The position numbers and the translations under genes were made by a program. A stretch of DNA of 48,637 nt, filler included, from Sphacelaria rigidula (Eukaryota): the NCBI GenBank assembly GCA_964200075.2. It is 2 parts of 2 records of this genome, joined end to end, with 100 filler letters (N's around TTAATTAATTAA, not from the genome) between each part and the next. Parts side by side here need not be neighbours in the genome. Positions count along the whole stretch, not along the records: positions 1 to 24,272 come from CAXNAA020000213.1; 1 more part is not named here. One strand, given 5' to 3'. Position 1 is the stretch's first letter. Every line of letters starts with the position of its first letter. The notes under the pieces are model-generated. The model saw nothing but the letters and a program-made list of their open reading frames with translations. It was not told the origin of the DNA and searched no databases. This document shows, piece after piece, positions 1 through 13,354 of this stretch.

Positions 1-1090
1 GGCAGAGCTAGACTCGACTGACTGATAGTAGGCTTCTTGCCCGGCCCAGCTCGTACGTGGTTTCACATTACCCAGGGCCTCCGCCAAGGCTGTGTCATTG
101 GCCACGATTTGTCCATCATCTTCTTAGCGGCGGTGCTGACGGTGACATTCGACCGCTTCTCGATCGATTAAGTGGTGGTCGATGACTTCATTCACATCGC
201 TGCAGGGGTGGGAAGACTAGCTTAGCGAGCTACTTCGGGCCATGCTGTACTCCGATGTCGCTAGCATTGCGTCGCGATCTCAACTAAGCCTGACAAAGAT
301 GATTACGGCTATTGTCGAAGACTGTGCGGCGTCCGGTGTCATGGCGGCGTAAAAGGTGGTAATCATGCACATGCACTTCCCAAGCGTGAAGGCTGGTGTG
401 GTTGAGGTAGAGACGGCAGGCCAAAGGTACAAGGAAGTTGGGGCCTTCATCTATCTCGGCGGAACCACCAACAGCTTGAGCAGTGCAACCCCTGAAGTCA
501 ACCTCCGCATTGGTTAGGCCTGGAAATGCTTCAAGTACAGCAGAGCGATATACGACAACCCGCACGTCGCAAAGCTTGCGTCGCCCTGGCCGAAAAGATT
601 CGTTCCTTGAAAGCAGAAGTGATCGAGGTCATGCTATACGGTCGCGTGATCTGGGGGCTCTCGCCCAATCGTTTCGATCCGTTGCGGGAAGCCCACCGGG
701 GGTTCCTACTGAGGTGCCCCAACGAGCATACCGTAACCCGCAGCGCTCCCGATCACCACATGATGCCTTACCACAAGGTCCTCCAGAGGACTGACTGCGA
801 TTGCATCGGGACTATCGTTACGAGGTAAATCCTGCTACATGCCAGTGGTGTGGCGTGCATCCACGGCGAGCGCCTCCCCAACATCGTCGTGCGTGGAGAA
901 ATGGTCGGAGGGGACAAGAAGGCAGGCCAATCGGTGGAATCCTTGCGACATGATATCCCTGAGTGCTGCTCCACCTTCGGAATAGACTCGGCATCATGGA
1001 CGCAAACTGCCCAAAATTGTTTTGGGTGGTACCGGGCCGTGGAGGAAGGAGCTAAGACGTGCATGGCAGATTGGACCAACGTGTGCCATG
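1..1090 (+). mobile_element. Degenerate non-LTR retrotransposon (LINE, RTE-like) reverse transcriptase C-terminal half
   Basis: WFHITQGLRQGCVI (RT motif, about 58-108), MLYSDVAS (decayed YADD, about 242), FIYLGG (about 446), LKAEVIEVMLYG, ERLPNIVVRGEM; stops and frameshifts present. Confidence 0.85.
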
Positions 1091-1960
1091 CAAAATATGT
1101 TTTTGCTGTGTTCACTAGAATTCCCTCTTCGTCTATTGAAGGTCGCCGAAAGGTGACAAGTAGCCAATCACGTAGGATACTTACTCGCTGGTGCGTCTGC
1201 CGTCTTCCTGAGAAGTTTGATGTCTTTCTCCGTGGGTACGTGGAGATGTTTGACTCTCCCCTGGTATCCATTCAGTTCCTTTACTCTAGGAACAGATCTG
1301 ATCAGTTTTTTTCACCACACCCCGACCGACTCGGGGGGAAACTTTTTCTCTCCTGTTTTCTTTCAACGTCTCTATCGTATTGTTTTTGTCTTGTGTTATT
1401 TTGCCTTGTTTCGGATTCGTAGAAGAAGCCGCCCAATGAGCGTTCGTGCATTACCCTGCATGGGCCAACGGCCGACAAAAGAACAGTGGGCCCGAAATGG
1501 CGATATTTCGCCCCTATTCCGGGGGGAAAACGTGGGGGGGGAGAAGCTGTTGCTCGCCATCACTGGAACTTGATCCTAGATAGTTCCAGGCCGTAGTGAC
1601 GGTCGCTTGATCGTATTTTACCCCGGTATGCTCCGCATTGATGCCCAAAAAATATTCGAAGTTCGACCCAAACTGTCTCAGTATGACTCGTTTTTATTTT
1701 ATTACCCGATGAGCACCTTCATGATTTCATCTTCTCAACAAACGTAACTACATGGTTGAGTGGACAGGATCGTTAATAATTTTCCTGCCTACATGTCCAG
1801 AACGCAAAAGCTGACCGAGGGTGCCCTCCCTTTCCCAACTTTTTCGGCCCCGCCTGGTCAGCAGGGGTTTGTGGAGAGGACAAGCTCACCGCTGTGGCTC
1901 CATGCGCGTTACTTGTGTGTGTGCTAACTTATTTTACTCGTCCTACTCAGTTGGCTGTAG

Positions 1961-2272
1961 GGGATAAGGTGTACTCATGATCATGCATGCCATAATCATG
2001 AGACCATTCACCTTGCATCCCTACAAAGCCAGGACGGAGCGGGTTTTCGCCGGACCAGGCTCGCACTCAAACCACCAAGCGCGAAGCGCCGTGGTGTGCT
2101 CGGCGAGTCGCATGAAGTGTGAGCTGCATCCTGTTAAGATTGTTCGGTCCGAAGCCTACTGACCTACTGATAATCTTGCATTTGGATGACAGCCTACAAC
2201 GAGTTGCTTTATTTTCTGGTATCGCCACTTCCAGAAACAACCTTATACACTACCTCATGGGTGCGGCACCAA
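1961..2272 (+). repeat. Dispersed ~310-bp repeat family A (GGTGTACTCATGATC...CCTCATGGGTG), copy 1
   Basis: Alignable by eye to 27467-27778 and 29735-30047. Confidence 0.85.
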
Positions 2273-3447
2273 TATATGAGGGGATAGGGGAGGAATTTCC
2301 GCATAGCCCAGACACAGAGTCGAAACAGATCCATGTATATTTCGTTTCAGCATTCCTCCCTTCATTTCACTCTCCCCCTCCGTCTATTTTTTTCCGTTTC
2401 CTTTTGTTTCCTTTTTTTTTTTGTGTTTTTTTTGTTTTTTTTTTGGTTTTTTTTTTTTTTCCCTTCCCTGTCCTTTTTTTTTTCGTTTTTTTTTNNNNNN
2501 NNNNGAGCGGCATCAATGTATGTTGGGTTTGGGGATGCCTCCCCTCATTTCCCTCCCCCCCTCCGTCTATTTTTTTCCGTTTCCTTTTGTTTCCTTTTTT
2601 TTTTTGTGCTTGTATTGTTTTTTTTCGGGTTTGTTTTGTATTGCCCTGCCCTGTCCTGTTCTGCTCCGTTCTGTTTCACTCTCTATCCTTCTCTTTTTGT
2701 TGGCTCGTTCTTGGATGCCGTCATCCTTTGGCTCTTGTCGCGCTGCCTTGTCTTCGTCTTGTCTTGCCTTACTTGTCCTCACTTGTTCGGTTCGGGGTGT
2801 TGACCCATGTAGCTTCTTTATTGTGGCTCTTTGCCCTTTCATAGCCCCCTTTCTCTGTAGCTGGCATTTTTTTCCCATTGTAGTTTGCTTTTCCGAGCCG
2901 CCCGAATTATTTTGCGTATGTTATTGTTCGCCGACGTGTTTTTAGAACCCCACCCTTCGGGACGCCGTGTTTCATGTTCGGGGGCGATTTACTTACATTT
3001 TTCTTGTTTTCTGTCTTGTTGTGCCGTGACTTTGTGACCACGGGAGCTAAACTCCTTGAAAAAGGCTAATGTGAACAATAACAAAAGAAAACAACAACGT
3101 GCCGCCTACAGCACGCACATCCCCAGCAAATACGCCATCCCGTTGAGCTGTTCCACAAGAGCTGTATGCGTTGGCCACATGCATGTACAAGTGTGGGCAC
3201 AACCGGCAATCTTTGTTGCCATTGCTTGATGTGTTCTGTCTCAGTAGAGAAGAAATATTTCGTTTGCCCATGGGCGAAACGTCTTGCTGGAACATGCAAT
3301 GTTGAGAATTCTGCTGCAGGCGCTGCCATGGGAAGTAGCGGGGTTGCATTGGAAAATGCAATAATACACGCACCAAACTCTCAAGTATTTGCACGTCGGA
3401 TGGATCTGACTCTCTCCTTTTCTTTTCCTCGTACCGTGTCATGACAG

Positions 3448-3603
3448 GTCAGACTAGACAGGAGTGCCGGGGCAACCGCAGTCCCGGCAATCACAACAGC
3501 AAGCACGCCATCGGATACAAATACAGGCGCCGGCCCTTCTACCACGACTCCCACCGCTGGAAAGACGTCGTCGCGCCTGGCGGCCATTCGAGAGAAGAAC
3601 AAG
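3448..3603 (+). CDS. DCTN1: DCTN1 exon (VRLDRSAGAT...SRLAAIREKNK), GC donor
   Basis: Acceptor ATGACAG|; ends AAG|GCAAGA; phase 0-0. Confidence 0.7.
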
Positions 3604-6600
3604 GCAAGATCTGTGGAGACCTCATAGATGTAAAGGGACCCCATGCGGTATCGCAGGTCGCCGTTTGGGCACGATATCTCACAAACGGAATGTTGCGGTT
3701 GCGAAATCCGCCTACGCGATATTCGTCAGGTTTTACTTAGTCACTACACTCTCCGGCCTTTTTACCTTGTCGTTCTTGCCCGCAACCGGGATATTGATGT
3801 CCAGGCTCTCAAGGAATCTCTGGCCGCTGGAAAGAGTTCGCCGCATGTCGCGTCACGCGGCAGTTTTTCTGGCGAATTGCGTTCTCCTGGAGCAGATTCG
3901 TCCCACGGAGGCTCCATCCCAAGTAGCCCGTCTTCCAACGTGTCCATCAGCAGCGCTGGCACGGAAAGCAGGTACTCTACATCGACGTATTGACTCGGCG
4001 ACACATATTTTGTGGACAGCTTTTTTAACCTTGCACGTGGGTTCACTTTCGGGACCCGCATCTTGTCAGCCGTACATGCCGGCAGACGGGTTATGTGGGA
4101 CTCACTGTCGATTAATTGGGGAACCTATGCACGAAGTACCATAACAACTTGGCACTTTCATTCGCTTGGCGGTTAGAAAGTTCAGTAAACGTGCCTTCTT
4201 GCGATAAACGACCGACTCCCACGTCTACAAAACTTCTGCGCTGCAGGAGAGCGACGAGGACACTTCGTTCTTTCTCCATGGGTGGGCGGGAAGCCCGGAA
4301 ATCCTTTTCAGCAAGAGATGCGAGGGGAGAGAGTAAGATCGGAACGGTGTCCAGTAGAGCTGGAGCTGCGCCAAGTTTCACTTCCCCCGACAGGTCTGCT
4401 TCCGCAAGATTGAGCCCCCGCGCTAGACAGCGCTCACGAGATGCTGACTTCCAAACCGTGGGGAATGATAGTCACAAGGCTGCTTCGCTCATGCCTCCGC
4501 CCTCCACCATGACGGTTGGTCATGAATCATCAAGCGTCGGTTTGGAGAATCTACGTGCAAAAACCGCCGAAGCTACGAGGTGAGTAGGCACCTTCGCACC
4601 GCCAGCAGCATTTGAGTTGGCTTTGAGTGGAACTGTGTGCTCTTGTCTTTTATGCGCTCGTGCTGTTGTTGAAACAGGTGTCAATGGCGAAAAAGATACT
4701 GAAGCCTTTTGTCAGAAAGTAACTCACGCCATGCTTACAGCACCTGTGGGCTCTTCTCATAGTTTGCAGAGTTTTGAGTCGCCACTCAAATTCCAAGTAA
4801 TTTCGCACTATGGATGATCCCGGGCATCCTCTAATATTCTTTAATGTCCTCTAACTTTCAGCTCAGAAACTCAGATCAATAACTGGTCCACTTAAAGTCT
4901 TCCTATTACCATTCGGGACATGGGCATGAAGATTTAGATTATAACTGGAATACGACCCACGGCAAAAACGGAGAGAGTAAGCGTTGCTCATGACGATATA
5001 TTTTCATGTATGTAGGCTATACTTGCAGTAAGTTGAATATGGACTTTCTGAAGCGGTGGGCGCGGTTTGAAGTCGTGAACGACTCCATGTTATTCCCAAT
5101 AGTCAACAGTCTAGGGCATATTGGAAATCAGAGACTTACATCACTACCTCCTTCATTTCAGCTCTGTATTTTGGGTGTTTCGGATGTGCACACAATTTGA
5201 GTGTAGACGAAAACGGATCCGGCGTAAGAATGGAAAGAATAGGGAGGACTTCATCTCGGAACATTTTTCACATATACATGTCATACTCTCAACGTCGAAT
5301 GTGGATGTATGTAAAAGGCGGGGTAGATTTGATGATGGAGGAAAACATGTTTGCAATCACCCAGGGTATGGACGTGAGTATGTGTGCTTGGTACTGTAGC
5401 TGCACGATTTTCAAAGATTGAATAATACATGGCCACTTCGATTCAAAGCCATGAATATTGTAGGCTGACATATTCCAAGTTGAGTGTTTCCACACGACCA
5501 CAGCACATGCTGACCCTGAGGATGTTTCGGTGAATATCACGAACGACACAGAGAGGCCGAGGAAGCGAAATCTCGTCTCGCGGAAACGACTACTAAGCTA
5601 GAGGCGAGTGAGGCCTGTTGTCGCGACCTGGAGGCCAGACTGTCGTCGCTACAGAAGAAATCAGAACACGCTGTGGGAGAGGAGCGGCTGAAGGTTGGTT
5701 TGCTCATGTACCTTGTTTCCTCCGTCTTGTGCATTATGCGGCCTTAGCTTGCTGCAGACTGATCCCCACATAAGTGCACAATAGCTGCGACCAAAATACC
5801 AAAGGAGTAGGCGTTCACATGGTGACCATGTAGGTTATGTGCTAAAACTTCCACACAAGGGCATAATACACATTTTACACCTTCTTCACCTGTTTTCAAA
5901 ATATGTTACATGGAATAGGGTGCCGACGAACTGGATGGCTAAGCAAAAGCGAAGTCTGATATCATATTTTCATCGCCAGAAGACCGTGATGACCATTCTT
6001 CGGTTTGTTTTGAAAAGTCCCGAAAAACCGCGTATTTTTTGCGAAATAAGCAATACTGCCGCGACAAAGTACCACGTAGTGTGGAAAATGTAGAATCTGC
6101 CGGGGGCCGCCCCGAGGCCGCCCAGGTGCTTTCAATTGCAATTGCGTTTCTCTGCTGAAGTTACGAGGTACACTGGTCCGACCTGTTACGGCCCTGAAAG
6201 ACGAAACCACGTACGCATGAGTGTGTAGGGCGCCACGTCTGCTTGTCTTGAGTGTGCGCTGTGTATGCCCGTGTTGCGCCGATATATGCATATGAACGAG
6301 GAAAGAAATAGACGAACACAGCTCCCGTTTTGCCTCAACAAGGGCCAAGGTTTACGATTCTCCTGTGAGAAATGCCAGACTTTCACGATCCCGCGCGGAA
6401 GCACGGCGCGTTGGTTCTAGGCGCCTTTGTATATGGCATGACTAAAGCATGATGAAGGAGTGTGGCACCTGAAGATTTCTTGTTCGCATTAAGGTGATGG
6501 AGAACATACCGTGCAGTAGATCACTACATAAGATAATAGGAAGTGATACAACAATTTTCTAAGAAGAAAATGGCCGCTTGTTGCAGGTATCATAGTTAGC

Positions 6601-9600
6601 TGAACCCTAGTTGTTACGCCTGGAGCCGCAGACCATGTCACATCTCACAACACGTGCGTGAACAGAAGTCAATCGGCTAAGTCCATAGCGCCCCATCGAC
6701 CACGATGTATGTTGTGAGAGCTGTGTCCCCTCACCGTATGTCATCTTGTAAATGGCCATGTAGGTAACCATCACACCAGCTAGACAGCCACACTGCTTTG
6801 TTGCAGACAGCTGTCAGTGCAGCTGTGCATCTTTGTTGTACAGTCAGTACATTCAGACGTGCAGTGTACGATTTTGTTCATATCTTACAAGGTGCATTTG
6901 TGAACAAATAAACGGTACATGTTTGTCATATTTACGATTACAGGCCATGTGGATCTCTAAAACAATTCTTGAAGAAGAAATAAGGTATGTGAGCACCAGG
7001 GATGTCTATTACACGCCGGCGCGCAGCTTGTAGAAGTTCCTTCAGACATCAACCACGGGCATTGACACATTGACACATTGACACATTGACACATTGACAC
7101 ACCAAATGCGCCATCGTAGTGCATCTCCCAGTTGGTTTTGTAGCATGGGGTACGTCCTTGGCCGAGATTTACCTGCTGGTGGGGTTTGGAATACCTTTGC
7201 CATTTTTCCAAGTCAACAAGCCAATAAAATGCACTCTGAGCCTAGAACAAAAGAGGACGTTTGCCCCGCGAGCGTTGCCGTTGACCGCTTTTGAACGCCA
7301 GCACACAACTTACTGAGCCCTTTCAGACATGAATCGTAGGTATCAACCCATCGGCTTGGTTTCCCTCGGGTTGATTTTCAATGAATTTCAGCCAGGGGGG
7401 GGCATGTCTGTGAGCTTCAGCGTCGCACCCTAATTTTCCCTCAAGCCCAAATTTGGCTGGGGGTGTACTCATTTGTTGCTTGCCTCAGTCGTTTCTTAGC
7501 TGAGTCCGCTCGATGTGCAAGCCCCAAACCGCCTGCCCCAGCTGGCGAGGGGGCCCCGCAGGAGGCGCCCCCGCCGGTGGCAATGAAATTGGGCTGTCTT
7601 CATTTCCAATTAAAATTGGCCCACTGTAATCAATAATCAAGGTCTCCCAGCCCAGGAGAAATGAACGTGTCCGCGTTGGACAAAACCCATCATCAATAGG
7701 GCCTCACCCAATTTGCCCGCATCTGAAAGGGTAAATTGGTACCCAGGGAAAACGAGAATGATCAAAAGCCAAAAGCAGGTTGAAAAAAGGAAGCATCACC
7801 AGCACAACTCAAAGCATACCCAGCAGTCGGGAGTAAACCACACGGGATTTCACAAATTGCGGATGAATTCGTTTTCGAGGATGAGCCCTGAGAACCTTCA
7901 TGAGAAAAATAATTGAAATAAGTTGGAAAAAGGTGCAAATGCACGCTCCGGCCGTGGTGTGCGGTCTTTCTCATCCTCAAAAAAGTCCTTCCGCAATGTG
8001 TAGAATCCCGCGCTAGCAGGGGATTATGCAAAAAGGGAAAGACCTTTTTATACGGTAATGGCCGGAGGTCGAAATTGTTAGGAGTTAACACAAGATTTTC
8101 GAAATTGTCCATCTTTTTCAAGTGAGCGAGGCCACGCACCAGGGCCGGAGAATACATTTAATTAGTGAAATCCCCTGTCATAACAGGAATACACGAGCAC
8201 ATGTACCACAACATGTACTTCCATTTGAGTAGGTTAACCCAATAATAGGTCAATAGAGGACATGAAGGCAGCCCGGGCACCTCCTCATTGGAACCTATAT
8301 GCGATTATTGTGCCCATAATCTTGGCGTTCAACTTGAAATGAGCTGTTTCGAGCATATAGAACGCAAACTCGTAGACGGCAGAAAAAAACGAGTGCGCAA
8401 AACAAGAACACACATGGAGACGAAAAACCAAAGGGGAAAATAATAGAGGCACAATTGGCACATATTAACCAGTAGAGTTGTGGTGATGTTTACCCCCAAG
8501 TAGCATGATCCACGAGCAGAACTGCCTTCTTGAAGCATACGCTTGCCCAACGTTAGGAGTGGAAAACACAAGAACGAAAAGCACAATGTGTAAAAGCCTG
8601 ACAATCACAACTCACCAGCTACATGTTGAATATTTCCTCACCATTCAGGTGAAAAGACAGCATTTATCGTATCGTATCGTCGTTATCGTTATCGTTGTCG
8701 CGATCGCTATCGTTTTATCGCGACTATTTTCGATACGATAACGATAACGATATTTCCATACAGTATATCGAAACTTTCGATACGGTATCCAACACCACCC
8801 GATATGGAGAGGTAGCAAACCATCGGTTCACTGAACCAATCGTCCTTGTACTACGCATGACTCCTGCAACGGCGATCATGCTGCGTTTGGGGCGTTTCCT
8901 GACAATGTGCAATATTTTGTTCGAGGCTAAAAAAAGAGGGATGTTGTGGAGCGTGGACTAGGAGATTTGTCACCCCTTGCGTGGACATGAGCTTTTCGTT
9001 ACTGCTTTGTAGAATACTGAACACTAGCACTCATCCACGCGCAGTGTTGGTGTTGGAACCAAATCATCGAGAATGGCAGGACACTGCGCAAAAAACGGAA
9101 AAGAATGGCCGAAACACGCTCATTTGCCCATCGCGTGCTGAGCATGAGGGCAGCCGAGAACACCAAGTTGTTGTTCAGCAAAGACGGAGATTAACCAGAC
9201 AATTTTTTTCGAAGGGTTCAAAATCTTGGAAAGAGGTAGGACCCTCCGATGTGCCCGTATCTTGGTCAATTTTGATCATGGAAGCATACTTTGCCCGGAG
9301 TGGGTGCAGCATATTGATGGGCGTTTTGATATTCATTGATTCTCAAAATTACGCATCAAGGGTCAACCCTGATAATGATGATGATGATTGGCGCTCCCCA
9401 GAAGCAGCGAGAAGAGCAGCGGGGTATCAAACGCCAACGCACAGAATCGTGCCTATTTCAATAGTAAACCCCAACCAGTGACGGATTGTGCTCTCTGTGA
9501 ATGCCAGTAACAACCAGAGTATTGGCCAACAGTGAGCACTGATTCTTGGATGCCGAACCGTTTTCATCTCCTTGAACAAAGACCCGCCGACAGGCTTGTT

Positions 9601-12600
9601 CGGCGTCAGCGCCCAAAGTTTATTCCGCACTATAATAGATACATAACGCAAAACTGACCCGATAGAAACATATCTAGTATCATAGTGACCCCCTCGAGCG
9701 AACGAACAGCGTGATATGGCCTTATTTTTTCTCGCGCCCTTTGCCGTGGCGCTGGGGGTGAAGTTTTTTCTGTGTTTTGAAATGCGAATTCCCGCATCAA
9801 TTGGTACCCAATACCATCACGGATCAAACCCCAGTAACTGTTAACAGGGAGGGAATCTAACGCAGAGAAAATAGTCGAAAACAGTTTGTATGGGATCGAG
9901 TTATACGAAGCACCCCAAAACGTGGTATTTCGGTGATGTGGGTTTTTGGTGTTGTCGGATTTCCATTGATAAGATGCATTGAAGGCCCACAAATCCTCTT
10001 GACGATTTCCCTTGTAACTTTCGTAGAAATGCTCCGATCATCCTCAAACTTGGTAGTTTGATATATATATATATATATATATATATGGGTGCTACGAATG
10101 GGGAAGAAATCGTTTAGAAAGGTGTCAAGGTTTATCCGCTCTCTACCTGCTTCCGGGTATTCCGGTGTGAAGATCCCCAGAAGCCGGTAGAGACTGCTTC
10201 AAACTATAAAATTCAAAGTTGACTTGTCCCAAGGTAGTTCAAGGAACGTTTGTACCAAGTTTCGTTGCGGAACTCGAGAAGCTGATATCAAACAGTCGAT
10301 TTAAGCTCAAGCGCACGAGGAAAACGTCGGTAGCATACTAGAACCAAGTAATCAGGGGGGTTCCGCGTACATCGGTATACCGTAACGCACAAACGGGCCG
10401 TTTCCTGTAGAAATACCCTGAAATTTTGTATTCGAATTTTTGGAGATTATCGGAAGGGTTCCATGAATGGGACCATTCGATTTGGTGAGAAAGAAAACAA
10501 ATCGAAAGATCCTATTCATACAACCCTTCCGAATATCTCCGAGCACCCGTATACACAAGTTTAGGGCCTAACTTCAAGAAACAGCGTGACCAATCGCCGG
10601 GGAGTAAATTCCGGTGGTTCACCCTGAACCTGCCTGTAAGATGAGCACATTTGAGGTGGACAAATACTCGATTAAAACACCACAGCTGGTAAGTGCTTCG
10701 GTACATGACGAAAGGTATGTAGTGTCCTTACGAGTGTGTGCTCACTTTCCGGCACGTAACTCACAGAACTGTACCTGTACGTGCGGGTGTTTGCGAAACG
10801 CAGGCGTCCGCTCTTGTCAAGGAGAAGGCGGCAGCGGCAGCAGCTGGGCGAAGGGAGGCAGACATGGAGTCACAGGTGATTACTTGTGGAAGCTGCCCAG
10901 ACGTCGAGCATTTTGCTAACGATACCGTGCTGTACATTCAGACTAATCGTGTGAATGACTGACTTGCTCGCCTCCAGATTCTTCCAGAATGTGAGGTGTG
11001 TGTGAGGTGTGTGTGAGGTGTATGTGAGGTGCATGTGCATGCGGAAAGCCTCACTATCCCGCGCTTCCTTGTCTCCGGATGTGAAGGTGGCCGAGCTGAA
11101 CGACGCGTGCGAGGCTCTAACTCTGGACAAGGAACAGCTGGCGCTCGAGAAGGAAGACTTGCAGGTGGGCTTGAGTCCAGCTTTGGAAGCATTCGCTGTT
11201 GTAGGGGCATTTTACCGTTTCTGTTACTCGCTAGGGTGTGGCGCGGTTGCTCCCTGAAACGCAATACGCGAGCTCGGTGCAGTTCGTTGGTCTTGGCGGG
11301 GTGGCTGATCGCTGTTAGTGGTGAGATTATAATAGTAGACTATTTTTTTTTACGTTTGTGCAGCCCCTGCTCTTGCCGTCTAGATTTTTGCTGGAGCTCT
11401 GTAACAAAGCAGGAATGCGACGTCATCAGTCATTGAGCCTCCGGAGGCGCTCGACGGTCCGTCCCCCTGTCGAAACTGACGGCTCACTCTCTTCCTCCTC
11501 GCGACCCCGTGTCCAATCCTGCCAATCCTGACTTTACCGCGGATCGGTCGGGATGGCAGGACAAGGTGGATGAATTGCAGATGGAATTGGAGTCTGCTCG
11601 GCTCGATCTGGAACACGCTCGGCTAAGCTCCAAGGAAAACGAGGCCGCCGCGCGAGCTTTGCGGTAATAGCCATGTACTCATGTATCATGATACAAGCAT
11701 TGAAATATTGGATATGTAGTGCATTTTTGCACGTACGGCAGAACAGATGGAGTTCTGTATGAATGGGTGCGGCACCAACGCTTGGAAGGTTGTTCTAAAA
11801 CTAGCGGGTATCTGAGTTGAAAATTACTCATCTTCTTCTTGAGTCTGTTTTGTTCGACCGCTAGAAATCGAAGAGAGGCGCCCTGTGCACTCGTACTTGA
11901 CACCACTTCACGCAATCCTTCGAAACCGCCTTTTGAGTCATTCAGACTTTACATGTTAGTGTCGTGCCGAACATGGAGTGTGCATATGCGCAAGAGTTGC
12001 TAGATAACCTGAAAGCGTCGCGTATCCAGTTTTATAAATGAGTTCGGTTAACCTAGCATTCGCTATTATTCGCATGCATCTTGACTCTCCTTCGTCGTAC
12101 AGTATCATGCGTACATATTAGTGTTGTATGCAGGAATGTAGGGGCAAAATACGACCCCAGGAGAGCGCCAAATAGTGAGCGGGACACGCAATTGGCGGGG
12201 GACCAAGAGGAGCCTCAGTGCTGTATGGTGGTGTACATTGTACATTTCACGTGGGTTGTGTGGGTAAAAGGCACCTTGCGTCACCTTTCCAGCATCTCAC
12301 ACTCATGAGCCTGCGTGGGTACAGTACGCGAACGGTGACTGAATGGACAGACATAGCACCGCGTACAAGTTCTCTCTGCCATTCTCACCATTTTTTTGTC
12401 GGGCGCCGTATCGAACGCGCACATGTACAAAACAGTCGTGTTTGATATCCGCCGAACAAGCAGAACAAAGAAGAGAACAATGACCTAGAGGGTGACTTTC
12501 GCCTTCCCTTCACTGCCCTTCCCTCCCCCACAGTCGAAGCGAATGACAGACAATACACAAACACTACCACACTATCACATTCGCACACTCGCACACTCGT

Positions 12601-13316
12601 ATGAAATTGAAAGAAACGTTGACTTTCAAACTAGCAGATACCAAATACCTGACGTCTGGGAAAGTTGTTTCGCACCGGCAAATGTCTGCTAACGTTTGGA
12701 GATGCCCGAACACTCGCAGAATACCCGCCGACATTTCAGGAGGTTGATTCTACCTGGGAGAACACTTGCAAAACGTCTAAGGAAATTGGTCTGTACTTGC
12801 ACATTTTTTCCGAATGCTGGGCATATCCATTGTGGAATGAAGATATGGCATGCCCTAGGTCGTGCTCTGTCCTACGTGTGAAAGTGGTGCATGCAACGAG
12901 TAGAGGAGGTGTGCTATGTACGACTTTCCACTTGTATCGCTCAATGGCGCGTTTTGACCTCTGCTGCGGATTAATATGTACTCATAGCATGATTTTGTTT
13001 TTGGGTCGTCGACAGTGCCCACCTTGTCCTTATCATGTCAACATATGTATCCTCATCAATGTGGTCGAGCAGGGCGGCTGGTGATGCTGCCGGCGGTGAA
13101 GGTGTGGACGTCAAGATGTTAGCGGAACAAAATCTGCAACTCAAGGAGGCGCTCAAGCGACTGCACACTCACAGCATCACAGAGAAATCCGAGGTACTCG
13201 ACCGCAAATCCGCGCCTGGTGTATGGCGGACCGAAGTAACGGTACTCTCGTGCCTTTTTGGGTCACCTAGTCCCTCGACAACGACGCGCGGTAGTTGGCA
13301 TGTCATCATCCCGTGC

Positions 13317-13354
<38 letters not shown>

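Noticed and set aside
2350-2640. Duplicated T-rich block and long hydrophobic ORFs (2119-2945)
   Set aside because: The duplicates flank a 9-N gap and look like a redundant low-quality overlap; the Phe-rich ORFs are poly-T artefacts
3240-3300. SVEKKYFVCP resembling the CAP-Gly 'KYFxC' motif
   Set aside because: No GKNDG before it, no GxFV after it and no suitable donor; likely chance, with the real CAP-Gly exons upstream of the window
5694-10803. Nested gene in the 5.1-kb DCTN1 intron
   Set aside because: Only short ORFs without recognisable motifs or consistent splice structure; appears to be repeat debris
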